A DNA stretch of 64,000 nt from an uncultured virus (IMG/VR IMGVR_UViG_3300044611_002154) (IMGVR_UViG_3300044611_002154); one strand, 5' to 3'. Shown: positions 38,224-48,726, counted from the stretch's first letter. Notes: generated by a model not told the origin, from the sequence alone. Program-made: numbers and translations.

Positions 38224-39039
38224 ATGATTTACACGGGCAATAATGGGCGTATTTATATTGCCCGCAGTCAATCGTCAGGACTGACTGGTACTTTTACTGT
38301 TAACGTGCCCACTGGTTCTTCGGTGGTAGTAAATGGAATTTATCAAGTAAGAAATATCGTGGGCGACGGGCGTTCTGCGGCTGTTCGTGCTGATCGCACT
38401 GTTAACACCACTCAGGCATCTAGGCAGTGTGTTTTTACCGTTGTTAGTGCTGGTGCAAATTACGAAGCTGGTGATGTAGTGAGATTTTATTATGTTGACA
38501 ACAAAAAGAATATTATCGACGTGAGCCCTAGCGTTGGGATTGATACTACTGCAACTCGCGGAGTAGACAGCGAGCGAGAAATTCTTGACGATAAATACCG
38601 CATCGCGAAAATTCGCTCTTGGTCTTTGACTAGTAATAGCGAAATCATTGAAACCACTGCGCTTGGAGATACTGTTCGCACTGTTTCGCCAGGTATGACA
38701 TCAGGAGAAGGAAGCGCCACCTTATTGTTTTACGAGGACGAACTCAATAATAATCAAGCCAACCGTCAAAAAGACACCTTTGAATTGGTAGATATTTTAT
38801 TTCCTCGCGGCACGGCACCTCGCGTCATTCTGAATCTTTCAGTGGATGGAAGTGTTAGTGGAACGGCTGGAGATGTTGGCGGTGCTGCGCTATGGAAAAC
38901 AAACTTCCTGTTTAATGCGTTTATTACTAGCGCGAGCATGGGCGTCAGCTATGGAGAAGTTGTGACTATTGACACCAGCTTTACCATTGACGGAGCGTTC
39001 CTTGATGTGCCATGGAAGCCTAATGTTAGTAGGCTTTGA
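38224..39039 (+). CDS. Tail-tube-like structural protein
   Basis: YTGNNG, SWSL..IETTALGD and VSYGEVV motifs. Confidence 0.6.
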   Translation: MIYTGNNGRIYIARSQSSGLTGTFTVNVPTGSSVVVNGIYQVRNIVGDGRSAAVRADRTVNTTQASRQCVFTVVSAGANYEAGDVVRFYYVDNKKNIIDVSPSVGIDTTATRGVDSEREILDDKYRIAKIRSWSLTSNSEIIETTALGDTVRTVSPGMTSGEGSATLLFYEDELNNNQANRQKDTFELVDILFPRGTAPRVILNLSVDGSVSGTAGDVGGAALWKTNFLFNAFITSASMGVSYGEVVTIDTSFTIDGAFLDVPWKPNVSRL

Positions 39040-39054
39040 TTTTGAGGCAATAAA

Positions 39055-39987
39055 ATGACAGTTTTTGCTGGTCATTATGGCAGTATTGAATTTAAGCGTG
39101 TAGGTGGCGCTCATCAATTTAATCTGCAAATTAACCCAGCGGATATTGTTTACGGGCGAAAAAGATTCGCTCTTAGCACGCCACAAGGGCTTGATCTTGA
39201 TTTTGGCACAATAACCACTGGTGATCGCATCAGGATTAATGGCACCAGCTCAAGAGGGCTTCCTTTTCGATTTTATACAAACGCTGCTAATACCACTTAC
39301 ATTGATGATCCTGGTGCAAGCGTTGGTCCGTTAGAGTTTTTCGCCAATGTGGATGCAATGGGCGCTATCCGCATGTACAGGAATTTTGGCGATGCTATTG
39401 CCAATCCTGATGCAAGATATTTGGCAGTGCCATTGAACAAGAGCGAAGGCGAAGCTCCCTGGCCCGTTACTATTGATCTTCTTCCTGGCGCTTATAACAC
39501 CCTTGGTGAAGTACAAGGATTTACGATCTCCACTGATCGTGAATCAATTGATACTACTGCATTGGGAGAAAAGTTTAGAGGATTTTCTGCTAGTGCTATT
39601 ACAGGCAATGGCAGCGTTGATTGTTTGTTCAGTTTTAAAAATATGGACAACGAGGAAATTCCTCTTGCCCTTGCTGAACTCATCCAAAAAGTGGAAGTAG
39701 GAAGTCGATTTGAGGGGAAATTTTACATCCTAGAACCAGGCCCTCCTCAACCTCCTGGCTATTCTACTTTTGAAGGCGTATATTATGAGCTGCAAGGCAT
39801 TTTGTCTAGATCGGCGTTCACAATGAGAGCTGATCAAATTGCAGAATGTAGCTTTGATTTTATTACTGCTGGAGAATTTAAATTGCGGTCTGGTGATAGC
39901 CCTGTCGACTTAACCACTGAAGGTGATGTTAGCATTGGCAATGAATCTACGCTTGAAGAACTAGGCGTACTGCAAGAGGACGATTAA
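39055..39987 (+). CDS. Tail-tube-like structural protein
   Basis: FAGHYGSIE and DRESIDTTALGE motifs; resembles the preceding gene. Confidence 0.6.
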   Translation: MTVFAGHYGSIEFKRVGGAHQFNLQINPADIVYGRKRFALSTPQGLDLDFGTITTGDRIRINGTSSRGLPFRFYTNAANTTYIDDPGASVGPLEFFANVDAMGAIRMYRNFGDAIANPDARYLAVPLNKSEGEAPWPVTIDLLPGAYNTLGEVQGFTISTDRESIDTTALGEKFRGFSASAITGNGSVDCLFSFKNMDNEEIPLALAELIQKVEVGSRFEGKFYILEPGPPQPPGYSTFEGVYYELQGILSRSAFTMRADQIAECSFDFITAGEFKLRSGDSPVDLTTEGDVSIGNESTLEELGVLQEDD

Positions 39988-39989
39988 CA

Positions 39990-42500
39990 ATGGCTGTTCG
40001 CATTTCTGAACTCAATGCTCTGTCTGTTGATCTTTCTCAGGCAGATGAACTGCCCATTGTTGATATTAGCGCTGCTGAAACTAAAAAGATTACAGTAGCC
40101 AACATCTTTAATTATGGAATTAGTGGATCTCCATCAAGCTTCATTGATTTAAGCAAGCTTGATCAAGCTTCCACTACAAAACTCTCTAATAATGTACTGA
40201 GTGACACTGGTGTAGCATCTGGCACTTATGGCGATGCGGCTACTGTTGCTCAATTTGTAGTTAATAGCAAGGGCGTCATCACAGCCGCCACTGGCATCAC
40301 CATTGCCATTACAGCAAGCAGCATTACTGGGCTTGCTCCAGTGGCGACTAGCGGCACCTATGCAAGCCTGACTGGACTTCCCACACTTGGGACACTCAGC
40401 AGTCAAGACGCGGGAAGCATCGTAGTTTCTGGGGGCACCATCAGCGGCGTCACCTTCATCTCTGGCGATGTAACAATTAGTGGAGGAACGATCAGCGGCA
40501 TCACTGATCTTGCCGTGGACGATGGAGGTACTGGCGCGTCTACTGCAGAAGATGCCCGCACAAATCTTGGACTTGCCATTGGCACTGACGTGCAGGCATA
40601 TAGCTCTGTTCTTTCTGGAGTGGCAGAGCGTTATACAGCGGCCGATGAAATTATTTATTCTTCTGCATCGGGAGTATTAGCTTCCACCACGCTTTCATCA
40701 TTTGGACGCACCATTGCTTCTGGAGCTGATGCAGCAGCAGTGCGCTCTTCTTTAGGGCTTGGTGATATCGCCGTTCAAAACGCAGGAAGCGTTGCAATTA
40801 GTGGCGGCACCATTTCTGGTATCACTGATCTTGTTATTGCCGATGGGGGCACTGGCGCTTCTACTGCTTCTGATGCTCGCACAAATCTTGGTCTTGCCAT
40901 TGGCACGGATGTGCAAGCATATGATGCTGGACTTGCTTCCATTGCTGGGCTTTCTACTAGCGCAGATGAGCTTATCTATTTAACGGGAGCCGATACTTAT
41001 GCAGTATCGTCATTCCCTGCTTATTCGCGTGGTCTTATTGCAAGTGGCAATAGTGCATCTGACACTCGTACCAATCTTGGGCTTGGCTCACTTGCCGTTT
41101 TAAACCTTGTTGGCTCGGGATATATTGATAATGGTGTTATTACTAGCGTTAATATTGCCGCTGGTTCTCTCACTTTTGATAACTATGGAAGCGAAAGTGT
41201 TGTTACGGCAGCTATTTCTGGAAGCGCTGTTACTACGGCAAAGATAGCCGATAATGCCATCACCGCAGCAAAAATAGGAGATAATTCATCCACCATTGTT
41301 GCGAACGGCTCTCCAACTGCTTCTGGTGATTTCATTGGTCAGCAATACATTGATACTGCCACATATTTTGAATATACGTGGGACGGTGATTCTTGGGAGC
41401 GACAAGCTGCAATTAGTGAAATTAGCTTTGTTGATTCTTCTCCCATTGCCTTCACTGTTAGCTATCCAGATAATTTCTCCGCCACAATTACCAGTTCTCT
41501 TGATGACCAAGCTGTTAATAGTGTTTTTGCTGGTCCTTCCAGTGGAGCTACTGGCACCCCATCGTTTAGAGCGCTTGTCTCTTCAGACCTGCCTGTTGCT
41601 ACCAGTGTAGACAAAGGCGCTGTTTATCCAGGCGCTGGTTTATCAGTGGATGGCACTGGCGAAATTAGCCATACCAATGCAGCCGTTACAGGAACGTATA
41701 CAGGCTCAATTACTATTGATGCTCAAGGGCACATTGTTTCTGCTAATGCCGCATTAGCGGCTTCAGACATTCCAAATCTTGATGCAAGTAAAATTACCAC
41801 TGGCACATTTGGAAGTGCATTTTTAGCTGACAATAGCGTCACGGCTTCTCAACTTGCTGATTACGGCATTGCGCAAGTCAGTGAAAGTGCTCCCACTCCT
41901 GAATTTGCTGGTCAATGGTGGATCAATCCTAATGACCGCTCTGCTTATATCTGGGTGGGCGAAGTGGCGCCTGTTCCCAATGGTTATTGGCTGAACCTTG
42001 GTTATGGTAGCCCCACTCAAATTAACCTTCGTTTTGGTGGCACTTATAACGCTTCTGGTAATATAGTTGAAAGCATTAATAGCTACGGCATTGAAGCTGG
42101 GCTTACTGTTGGGCAAGCGCTTTCCGCCCCAAACACTAGCAATAATGGCGTCTATTTAATTGTCACTGCTTCTGGTGTGGGCACTGCTCCTGCGCCCACT
42201 GAAAGCCTTTCCATTGGTAACTGGGTGCTGTCGCAGGGCGTGGGTGCATCTTGGACTAAGGTCAATTTGAGCAGCGCAGTGGCTGGCGTTGGTGACCAAG
42301 ACGTGCTAGTTGATGGTAATGCGTTGTCTCCAGTGGCATCTGGCGTGGCCAGTCAGGAAGATCTTAATGAGCTTGTATGGGCAAGAGTGCAACTCGCCAC
42401 GGCTAGCACTACTGGCATTGTGAGGGGATCTTCAGAAGTGGTCGTTGCAGCTAGCACTGGCATCATGAGCATTGGCACTGTTGATGATGGTTCGTATTGA
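39990..42500 (+). CDS. Tail fiber protein
   Basis: Ser/Gly/Thr-rich; duplicated GGTGASTA.DARTNLGLAIGTDVQAY block. Confidence 0.75.
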   Translation: MAVRISELNALSVDLSQADELPIVDISAAETKKITVANIFNYGISGSPSSFIDLSKLDQASTTKLSNNVLSDTGVASGTYGDAATVAQFVVNSKGVITAATGITIAITASSITGLAPVATSGTYASLTGLPTLGTLSSQDAGSIVVSGGTISGVTFISGDVTISGGTISGITDLAVDDGGTGASTAEDARTNLGLAIGTDVQAYSSVLSGVAERYTAADEIIYSSASGVLASTTLSSFGRTIASGADAAAVRSSLGLGDIAVQNAGSVAISGGTISGITDLVIADGGTGASTASDARTNLGLAIGTDVQAYDAGLASIAGLSTSADELIYLTGADTYAVSSFPAYSRGLIASGNSASDTRTNLGLGSLAVLNLVGSGYIDNGVITSVNIAAGSLTFDNYGSESVVTAAISGSAVTTAKIADNAITAAKIGDNSSTIVANGSPTASGDFIGQQYIDTATYFEYTWDGDSWERQAAISEISFVDSSPIAFTVSYPDNFSATITSSLDDQAVNSVFAGPSSGATGTPSFRALVSSDLPVATSVDKGAVYPGAGLSVDGTGEISHTNAAVTGTYTGSITIDAQGHIVSANAALAASDIPNLDASKITTGTFGSAFLADNSVTASQLADYGIAQVSESAPTPEFAGQWWINPNDRSAYIWVGEVAPVPNGYWLNLGYGSPTQINLRFGGTYNASGNIVESINSYGIEAGLTVGQALSAPNTSNNGVYLIVTASGVGTAPAPTESLSIGNWVLSQGVGASWTKVNLSSAVAGVGDQDVLVDGNALSPVASGVASQEDLNELVWARVQLATASTTGIVRGSSEVVVAASTGIMSIGTVDDGSY

Positions 42501-42522
42501 TCATCATGCAAGGAGAAAGTAA

Positions 42523-42687
42523 ATGCACGACAAATTTGTCTATGCAGGAAAAGAAATTCCTCCTTACGGTGACTACGGTCAAGTGTTGGTAAAAACAAGC
42601 AAAGCTTTTTATTACACTGCATGGTCCGACATAGATCATATTATCAACGACACAAATGCTGAAATAGACGAAGGCGAATATACTTAG
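42523..42687 (+). CDS. 54-aa hypothetical protein (not in the ORF track)
   Basis: AAGGAG upstream; MHDKFVYAGKEIPPYGDYGQVLVK...IDEGEYT. Confidence 0.55.
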   Translation: MHDKFVYAGKEIPPYGDYGQVLVKTSKAFYYTAWSDIDHIINDTNAEIDEGEYT

Positions 42688-42739
42688 CTTTAGAATGAGG
42701 CAATGTTAATGCCGCCATTTTGGCTCGGCTTCCATTGCT

Positions 42740-45307
42740 ATGGCTTCCATTCTTAAGCATCTTCGTTCGTCCACTGCTGACAAGCGCCCCACTGCTTCGG
42801 GGCTTGCAGACGGACAAATTGCCATCAATACTGCTTCTGGCACTCCTGCAATGTTCTTTAAGGACAGTGCAGGAAATGTAGTGAAAGTTGGCCCTGCCCA
42901 TGTGGGAACTAGCGCTCCCAATGCAAGTCCCGCTGGCAGCGCTGGCAATTCAACAGGCGAATTGTGGGTGGATAATAGCCTGACCACGCCTGGTCTTAAT
43001 TATTACACTGGTAGCGCTTTTGTCAATCTTACGCCTTCTGGCACAACTAGCACTGTTGGCTTAGTTGAACTTGCTACTAATGCTGAAACACAAGCTGGTA
43101 GTGATGCAGTGAGGGCCGTCACTTCTGCTGGTTTACAGAGCAAGCTTAGTGATTCAACTAGTACTACAAGCTCTACCACCATCGCCTCTTCTACTGCAGT
43201 GAAGAGCGCTTATGACCTTGCCAATGCTGCGTTGCCCAAATCTGGCGGCACTCTCACTGGAGAGCTTTTAATTAGCCCTAGTGGCAGTCTTGTTTTTGAG
43301 GGAAGTTCAGACGATAGTTTTGAAACAACAATAGCAGTGACTAATCCCACTGCTGATCGCACCATTACTTTCCCCAATGTCACTGGCACTGTAATTACCA
43401 CTGGCGACACTGGCAGTGTTACCAGCACGATGATTGCTAATGATACTATTGTCGATGCGGATATCAATGCAAGTGCTGCGATTGCTCCGAGCAAGCTTGG
43501 TTCTGGAGCATTGCCTAGTGGGGTGACAGTAGCCAGTGCCAACATTGTTGATGGCACCATTGTTAATGCGGATGTAAATGCTAGTGCCGCGATTGCTGGT
43601 ACAAAGATTAGCCCTGATTTTGGCGGGCAGAATGTCGTTACTACGGGCAATGTCACTGGAGCAGCACTGATTCCATCTAGTAGCACTGTTCCAACAAATG
43701 GTGTTTATTTGCCGTCAGCCAATAACGTAGCTCTCGCTACCAATAGTACTCAGCGCCTGCTTATCGAAGCTGATGGCGACATCAATGTTGATAGCGGCGG
43801 TGTGTTTTATGACGCTACTAATAACAGATTGGGAATTGGCACTACTAGCCCTAATGCACCGCTGGAGATATTAGATGGTCAAACCGATGGCCTTACCAAC
43901 ACTGGCTTAATCGTGTCTAGCTTTTTGCCGCGCATTGTTCTAAATGATAGATCTACAAGTCAAACATACATAGACTTTAGGAACGACAGTGGCAATTTGA
44001 TCATTGGCTATGGGCCAAAAGACAACTATGGTACTAGGACAGGAGAACACGCCCGCATCGACAGCTCAGGCCGTCTAGGTCTGGGGACTAGTGCGCCGAG
44101 CGTAAAACTTGAAGTAAAAAGTCCCAGCAGTGCAACAAATGTTCTACAGGTAACCCCAACTACAGGAAGCGGTTATTTCAGGGTTAGAGAGACAGGCGGA
44201 AATGATATAGACGTTCGGCTTGCAGATGCCGCCGGTACGGAGTCTGTTCTTATCAATTCCGATGGCTCGTCTTATTTCAACGGAGGCAACGTAGGGATTG
44301 GCACTACGAGCCCTGGCGAAGCATTATCCGTCAGCGGAAAGCTCTGGGTTGCAGATGACTTTGCGGAGCCTTCTAGTACCAGTGATCGCGCTGACATCAC
44401 GATTACCAATGCAACTGGTCCTGCTGATCTGCTCTTCCTAGATCGCGGTTTGGCAGCTACCCGCATGGGTGTCGACACCAACGATAGTGGAAACTTTAAG
44501 TTTGTCACTGACAAAGAGTTTGTATTCCGCCGTGGCGGTACTTCTTACTCGGCGTTCAATACAGGAAGCGAGAGCGCCCGCATCGATAGCTCCGGCAGGT
44601 TGTTAGTTGGCACGTCTACTAGCCGTACAGCAGATGGTTATGCAAGTGGACTTCAGCTTGAGGGGACTACAAATTATCAATCTGCATCAATAAGCCTTAC
44701 TCATAACAGGGCCGATACTGGCGCCCCGGAGTTTAGGTTTTGCAAGTCAAGGGGGACTAGCGCCGGAGCGGTAACACTTGTCAACTCGGGAGACATTTTA
44801 GGCAGGCTTTATTTTTATGGTACTGATGGCTCAGCAGCAATTCAAGCCGCACGTATTTCCGCCGAAGTAGACGGCACCCCTGGCACTAACGACATGCCGG
44901 GCAGGCTTGTGCTGTCGGTCACATTGGACGGTGCCTCCTCGCCCACCGAAGCTTTCCGCATCACCAACGACCGGGTTGTTGCCTACAACCAGCCCGATGT
45001 CACCAGTAAGAGCGCCGCCGCAACCCTGACGGTGGCTGAGCTGAAAACCGGCATCATTCAGTACACAGGTGCTGCTGCCACACTCACCCTCCCCACCGGA
45101 ACCCTTACCGAGGGTGGCTTCAACGGCATCTACACCAACATGACCTTTGAATGGTCTGTGATCAATACGGGCTCCGGCACCTGCACCATCGGTGCGGGCA
45201 CTGGTCACACCATTGTTGGTAGCACCACTGTTGCGGCTGGCGCATCTGGTCGCTTTGCCTCACGGCGTACAGCAGCGAATACGTTCGTGACCTATCGCTT
45301 GAGTTAG
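42740..45307 (+). CDS. Tail fiber/receptor-binding protein
   Basis: Repeated GIGTTSP and ARIDSSGRL modules; DMPGRLV motif. Confidence 0.8.
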   Translation: MASILKHLRSSTADKRPTASGLADGQIAINTASGTPAMFFKDSAGNVVKVGPAHVGTSAPNASPAGSAGNSTGELWVDNSLTTPGLNYYTGSAFVNLTPSGTTSTVGLVELATNAETQAGSDAVRAVTSAGLQSKLSDSTSTTSSTTIASSTAVKSAYDLANAALPKSGGTLTGELLISPSGSLVFEGSSDDSFETTIAVTNPTADRTITFPNVTGTVITTGDTGSVTSTMIANDTIVDADINASAAIAPSKLGSGALPSGVTVASANIVDGTIVNADVNASAAIAGTKISPDFGGQNVVTTGNVTGAALIPSSSTVPTNGVYLPSANNVALATNSTQRLLIEADGDINVDSGGVFYDATNNRLGIGTTSPNAPLEILDGQTDGLTNTGLIVSSFLPRIVLNDRSTSQTYIDFRNDSGNLIIGYGPKDNYGTRTGEHARIDSSGRLGLGTSAPSVKLEVKSPSSATNVLQVTPTTGSGYFRVRETGGNDIDVRLADAAGTESVLINSDGSSYFNGGNVGIGTTSPGEALSVSGKLWVADDFAEPSSTSDRADITITNATGPADLLFLDRGLAATRMGVDTNDSGNFKFVTDKEFVFRRGGTSYSAFNTGSESARIDSSGRLLVGTSTSRTADGYASGLQLEGTTNYQSASISLTHNRADTGAPEFRFCKSRGTSAGAVTLVNSGDILGRLYFYGTDGSAAIQAARISAEVDGTPGTNDMPGRLVLSVTLDGASSPTEAFRITNDRVVAYNQPDVTSKSAAATLTVAELKTGIIQYTGAAATLTLPTGTLTEGGFNGIYTNMTFEWSVINTGSGTCTIGAGTGHTIVGSTTVAAGASGRFASRRTAANTFVTYRLS

Positions 45308-45321
45308 TAATCCTACTCACT

Positions 45322-45362
45322 AAAAAAAACAAGGGGCGGTATTCCACCGTCCCTTTTCTTTT
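45322..45362. terminator. Bidirectional-looking intrinsic terminator
   Basis: A-tract, aaggggcggt/accgtccctt hairpin, then T-tract. Confidence 0.7.
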
Positions 45363-45398
45363 CCATCGCTTAAACTAACTAAGACCAATTGATTAATC

Positions 45399-45713
45399 AT
45401 GGCCACTGAATTTACTTGGAACATCGCTCAGATGGAGCGAGCCCTTTCTGACGGAATCGTCATGACCGTTCACTATACAATTGAAGCTTTTGACGGCACT
45501 TATCGTTCGTCTGCATATGGCAGTCTCGGACTTGAGGCTCCTGATGAAGACGAAATGATTCCTTACGCCGATCTCACGCCTGAAATTGTCACCGATTGGG
45601 TGAAGGAAAAATTTGGCGAGGAGAAGGTGCAAGAAATTTGCGATGCTCTCCAGGCTCAAATTGATCAGCAGAAAACTCCCACCACTGGCACTGGTCTGCC
45701 TTGGGCTAGCTAA
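45399..45713 (+). CDS. Tail-fiber-associated small protein
   Basis: TWNI..MER, IPYADLT.E.V.DWVK and GLPW motifs. Confidence 0.7.
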   Translation: MATEFTWNIAQMERALSDGIVMTVHYTIEAFDGTYRSSAYGSLGLEAPDEDEMIPYADLTPEIVTDWVKEKFGEEKVQEICDALQAQIDQQKTPTTGTGLPWAS

Positions 45714-45736
45714 GCTTTTGTTTTCATCGTCCTTCC

Positions 45737-45874
45737 ATGGCGGCAAAATCAAAGATTGGCATCAGCGGACAAAAACTGTTCACGCCTGGCAAGCCTAAAA
45801 AATCTGCTCAAGGGCAAGGCAAGAATAGCCGACCGAATCACGGGCGCAAGAAAATGCGCGGACAGGGTAAATAA
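45737..45874 (+). CDS. 45-aa basic protein (not in the ORF track)
   Basis: MAAKSKIG...KPKKSAQGQGKNSRPNHGRKKMRGQGK, followed by a terminator-like hairpin at about 45877-45902. Confidence 0.6.
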   Translation: MAAKSKIGISGQKLFTPGKPKKSAQGQGKNSRPNHGRKKMRGQGK

Positions 45875-45933
45875 ACAAAGGGCCGAAAGGCCCTTTCTTT
45901 TTGCTCCTACAATAAAAGAAAGACAGAATTGTC

Positions 45934-47157
45934 ATGGGACAAATTATTGCAGGTGGCGAACAGTTTGAAACTCATATTGAAGCCGACTATCGTGGAAAGA
46001 TTTTACAAAAAGGACCAGATAGTGGGGCTGTAGATGCTTTTGGAAGACAGCGTACCAGTGCTCCTTATACGCTTTTTGATAGCACAATGCGCTATGACAA
46101 GCGTCCTGATCAATGGTTTGACAGTATTGTTGGTAGCGGCACTTCTACATTTTTGACGCATCAAAGCAGTGTTGCGATGAGTACCACCACTGCATCGGGA
46201 GATACTGTTCTTCGTCGCACTAAGCAGAACTTTCCTTACCAAGCAGGCAAAAGCATGATGCTTTTGCAAAGCTTTGCAGGAGCTCCGCTTGTTTCTGGCC
46301 TCATTCAGGAAGTGGGAATTTTCAACGACCAGAATGGCGTGATGCTACGCGCCAGTGGTACCACGGTGCAGTTTGTCATTAGAAGCTACGCTTCTGGCAC
46401 TATCAATGAAAATACAGTAAATCAAAGCGATTGGAATATTAATACGCTCTCTTCTCTTGATTTTTCAAAAGCGCAAATCTTTACTGCTGATCTGGAATGG
46501 CTTGGCGTGGGGCGTGTTCGGTGTGGTTTTGTTATTGATGGAGAAATAGTGTATTGCCATGAGTTTGAACATTTCAATGCATTGGACAGCGTTTATATGA
46601 CAACAGCTATTTTGCCATTGTCATATCGCATTCATAATGCAACGGCTCAAGCTTCTTCTGCAACGATGAAGCACGTGTGTTGCAGCCTTTTAAGCGAAGG
46701 CGGCTACGAGCCAGATGGCGCCATTTATTCGGTGGGGCATGATCTTTCTACTGTAAGCAATACTTCTGGAGAGCGCATTACTGCTGGTATTCGCATGGCT
46801 AGTGGTCGCACTGGCAATGTCATCCTTCCCGTGAGAATTTCTACTACTACTGCGTCTAGCGATGTGGTGTTATGGAGATTACGGCTGAATCCTACGCTTT
46901 CTGGCGTAACTTGGAGCGCTGCTAACAATGGCAGGGGTAACGTAGAAGTGACGACCAGTGGTACTGCTTCTGGAGGCACTGTAATTGACTCAGGCTTTGT
47001 TAGCCAAGGCAGTGCTAATAACTATGCAGTGGCAGAGGCCATTCGCTTAGCGCTAGGGCAAAATGCCTCTGGCGTTAGCGACACTTTAATTCTCACAGTA
47101 GACAGCAGTTTGAGTGCCAAGGCTTTAGGCATGATTGGCTGGGTGGAAGTAGTTTGA
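45934..47157 (+). CDS. Putative virion structural protein
   Basis: DAFGRQRTS.PYTLFD and EWLGVGRVR motifs; beta-rich. Confidence 0.7.
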   Translation: MGQIIAGGEQFETHIEADYRGKILQKGPDSGAVDAFGRQRTSAPYTLFDSTMRYDKRPDQWFDSIVGSGTSTFLTHQSSVAMSTTTASGDTVLRRTKQNFPYQAGKSMMLLQSFAGAPLVSGLIQEVGIFNDQNGVMLRASGTTVQFVIRSYASGTINENTVNQSDWNINTLSSLDFSKAQIFTADLEWLGVGRVRCGFVIDGEIVYCHEFEHFNALDSVYMTTAILPLSYRIHNATAQASSATMKHVCCSLLSEGGYEPDGAIYSVGHDLSTVSNTSGERITAGIRMASGRTGNVILPVRISTTTASSDVVLWRLRLNPTLSGVTWSAANNGRGNVEVTTSGTASGGTVIDSGFVSQGSANNYAVAEAIRLALGQNASGVSDTLILTVDSSLSAKALGMIGWVEVV

Positions 47158-47190
47158 CCAGTTAAACTAAGGGGTCTTGCCTTTCCTTCA

Positions 47191-47388
47191 ATGGATGCTT
47201 TTAAGGACCAGTGGTATAAACAGCAAGTAGATCACATCTCTGACGCTCTTCAAGAGCTTCTCACTGATGATGATCCTTCTATTGCCGTCAAGGGGCTAAG
47301 CGATGCCATTGCTAGCTGGGAAGATTATCACGAGAAAGAGCTTGCCAAATGGAAGCGCTTGCGTTTATTGCTGTCGGCTTCTTCGTGA
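47191..47388 (+). CDS. Hypothetical protein
   Basis: 65-aa ATG ORF. Confidence 0.55.
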   Translation: MDAFKDQWYKQQVDHISDALQELLTDDDPSIAVKGLSDAIASWEDYHEKELAKWKRLRLLLSASS

Positions 47389-47394
47389 ATACTA

Positions 47395-48339
47395 TTAACC
47401 TTCTTGAAAAACGCTGATAAACACTGCTCCTTTCTTTGTGAGAGGAAGAATTTTATCGCGCAAATCAACATTATGACAGCGAACGCAGCCGTGGGTGGGG
47501 ACTAGTGGTTGGTCTGGTGCCCACGCGCCTGGCCAGCCATTGGCAGATCCACCGCCATGTGTCATAATTCCAGCCCTCCCATTGTTTCTTTCTTGCCCCT
47601 CCAAGTCAATCATGTCGAAGCTATACCAGCCATAGGCCATGAGAGTACGATCAAAAGCGGGCTTATCGCCTACTTTTTCATAGTCCTTGTAAATGGTTCC
47701 GATTTTATAAAGACCAGGCGGCGTGTCTGAATTGGTGATTTTCCATTCAAAATCACTATATTGTCCACGAGCAAGGCAAGGAATTTCCCACAAAAGCTTT
47801 CCTTCATAGGAGAAAGCCTTCATGGTTTCCATTGCATCGTTCACAACTAAGTGCGAATCGCTAGGCTTAAAGCCAAAATCATGGGGACGTTTCTTGGGGC
47901 CAATCATGGTAAATTGCGTAGATTCTGGAGCGTATTCCTTCATAAGCTTTGAAAGCTTTGCAGGATAATCAGGATCGGTGGCATAGCTTTGCTCTTTTAG
48001 CATACGCGCCGCTGCGTAGCGATTGGGCGCATTATTGACGCCCTTAAATTGACGATAGTCTTTATACCAGCGAGTGATTAAATATTCGATGCAAGCGGAA
48101 AGACTTGGGAAGTCAAGAAAGCCTGCCTTAATCGTCACCCATTGACCATCGTACCACTCTTGAGTGGTAGTCCTAGTGCCATCACCTTTGAGCCCTAAGT
48201 AGTTATGAGTGCCAGATGTGTGTTGTCCAAAGCCACTTTCTAAGCAGCATTGAGCTGCTACTAGCTCAGGAAAACGTGCGCCATGCCTGCGGGCGATAGT
48301 GTAGCAAGTGTCCCAGAATGCCTTGTTGGAAGCCGTCAT
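47395..48339 (-). CDS. Endolysin: glucosaminidase (GH73-like) plus YkuD-like domain
   Basis: AAQCCLESGFG, NYLGLKG and YATDPDY; C-terminal HGGG...THGCVR. Confidence 0.85.
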   Translation of the reverse strand: MTASNKAFWDTCYTIARRHGARFPELVAAQCCLESGFGQHTSGTHNYLGLKGDGTRTTTQEWYDGQWVTIKAGFLDFPSLSACIEYLITRWYKDYRQFKGVNNAPNRYAAARMLKEQSYATDPDYPAKLSKLMKEYAPESTQFTMIGPKKRPHDFGFKPSDSHLVVNDAMETMKAFSYEGKLLWEIPCLARGQYSDFEWKITNSDTPPGLYKIGTIYKDYEKVGDKPAFDRTLMAYGWYSFDMIDLEGQERNNGRAGIMTHGGGSANGWPGAWAPDQPLVPTHGCVRCHNVDLRDKILPLTKKGAVFISVFQEG

Positions 48340-48343
48340 GGCT

Positions 48344-48487
48344 TCAGTCCTTCACGCGGAAGACTGCCTTAAGGGCAGTCATAATCAATTGCAGAATGTT
48401 ATTTTCTTTATAAGGAGTACGCTCGATAATTTGATCGGCAGCAGCAACAAGAATGCCACCAACTACGAACCATTCGACACCGCTCAT
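48344..48487 (-). CDS. 47-aa holin-like peptide (not in the ORF track)
   Basis: MSGVEWFVVGGILVAAADQII...ENNILQLI; AGGAG upstream; adjacent to the endolysin. Confidence 0.55.
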   Translation of the reverse strand: MSGVEWFVVGGILVAAADQIIERTPYKENNILQLIMTALKAVFRVKD

Positions 48488-48516
48488 AGCTTTCTCCTAA
48501 GAGATGTTCTTATAGC

Positions 48517-48726
48517 CTAGCGTTCAATCTCAAGACTGCGCACCCTTGTTTCAATGTCACTCATCTTATCTGTTAAAGCACTAAGCTTTTCCGTAATACT
48601 TTCAATTTGCACTGCAACTTTAGCCTGCTGATTGCCGACAGTAATAAGCATAGCTCCCGTAGAAAGAAGCATGCCAGCCGTGATAGTGGCCACAAAATTG
48701 GCCATGCCTTCTTTAAATGGTTCCAT
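48517..48726 (-). CDS. Membrane/coiled-coil lysis-cassette protein
   Basis: Hydrophobic helix plus coiled coil ending RVRSLE. Confidence 0.55.
   Translation of the reverse strand: MEPFKEGMANFVATITAGMLLSTGAMLITVGNQQAKVAVQIESITEKLSALTDKMSDIETRVRSLEIER

Noticed and set aside
40470..40925. Diversity-generating retroelement TR/VR pair in the tail fiber
   Set aside because: The duplication is an in-frame protein repeat, the differences are not adenine-specific, and no reverse transcriptase is present in the window.
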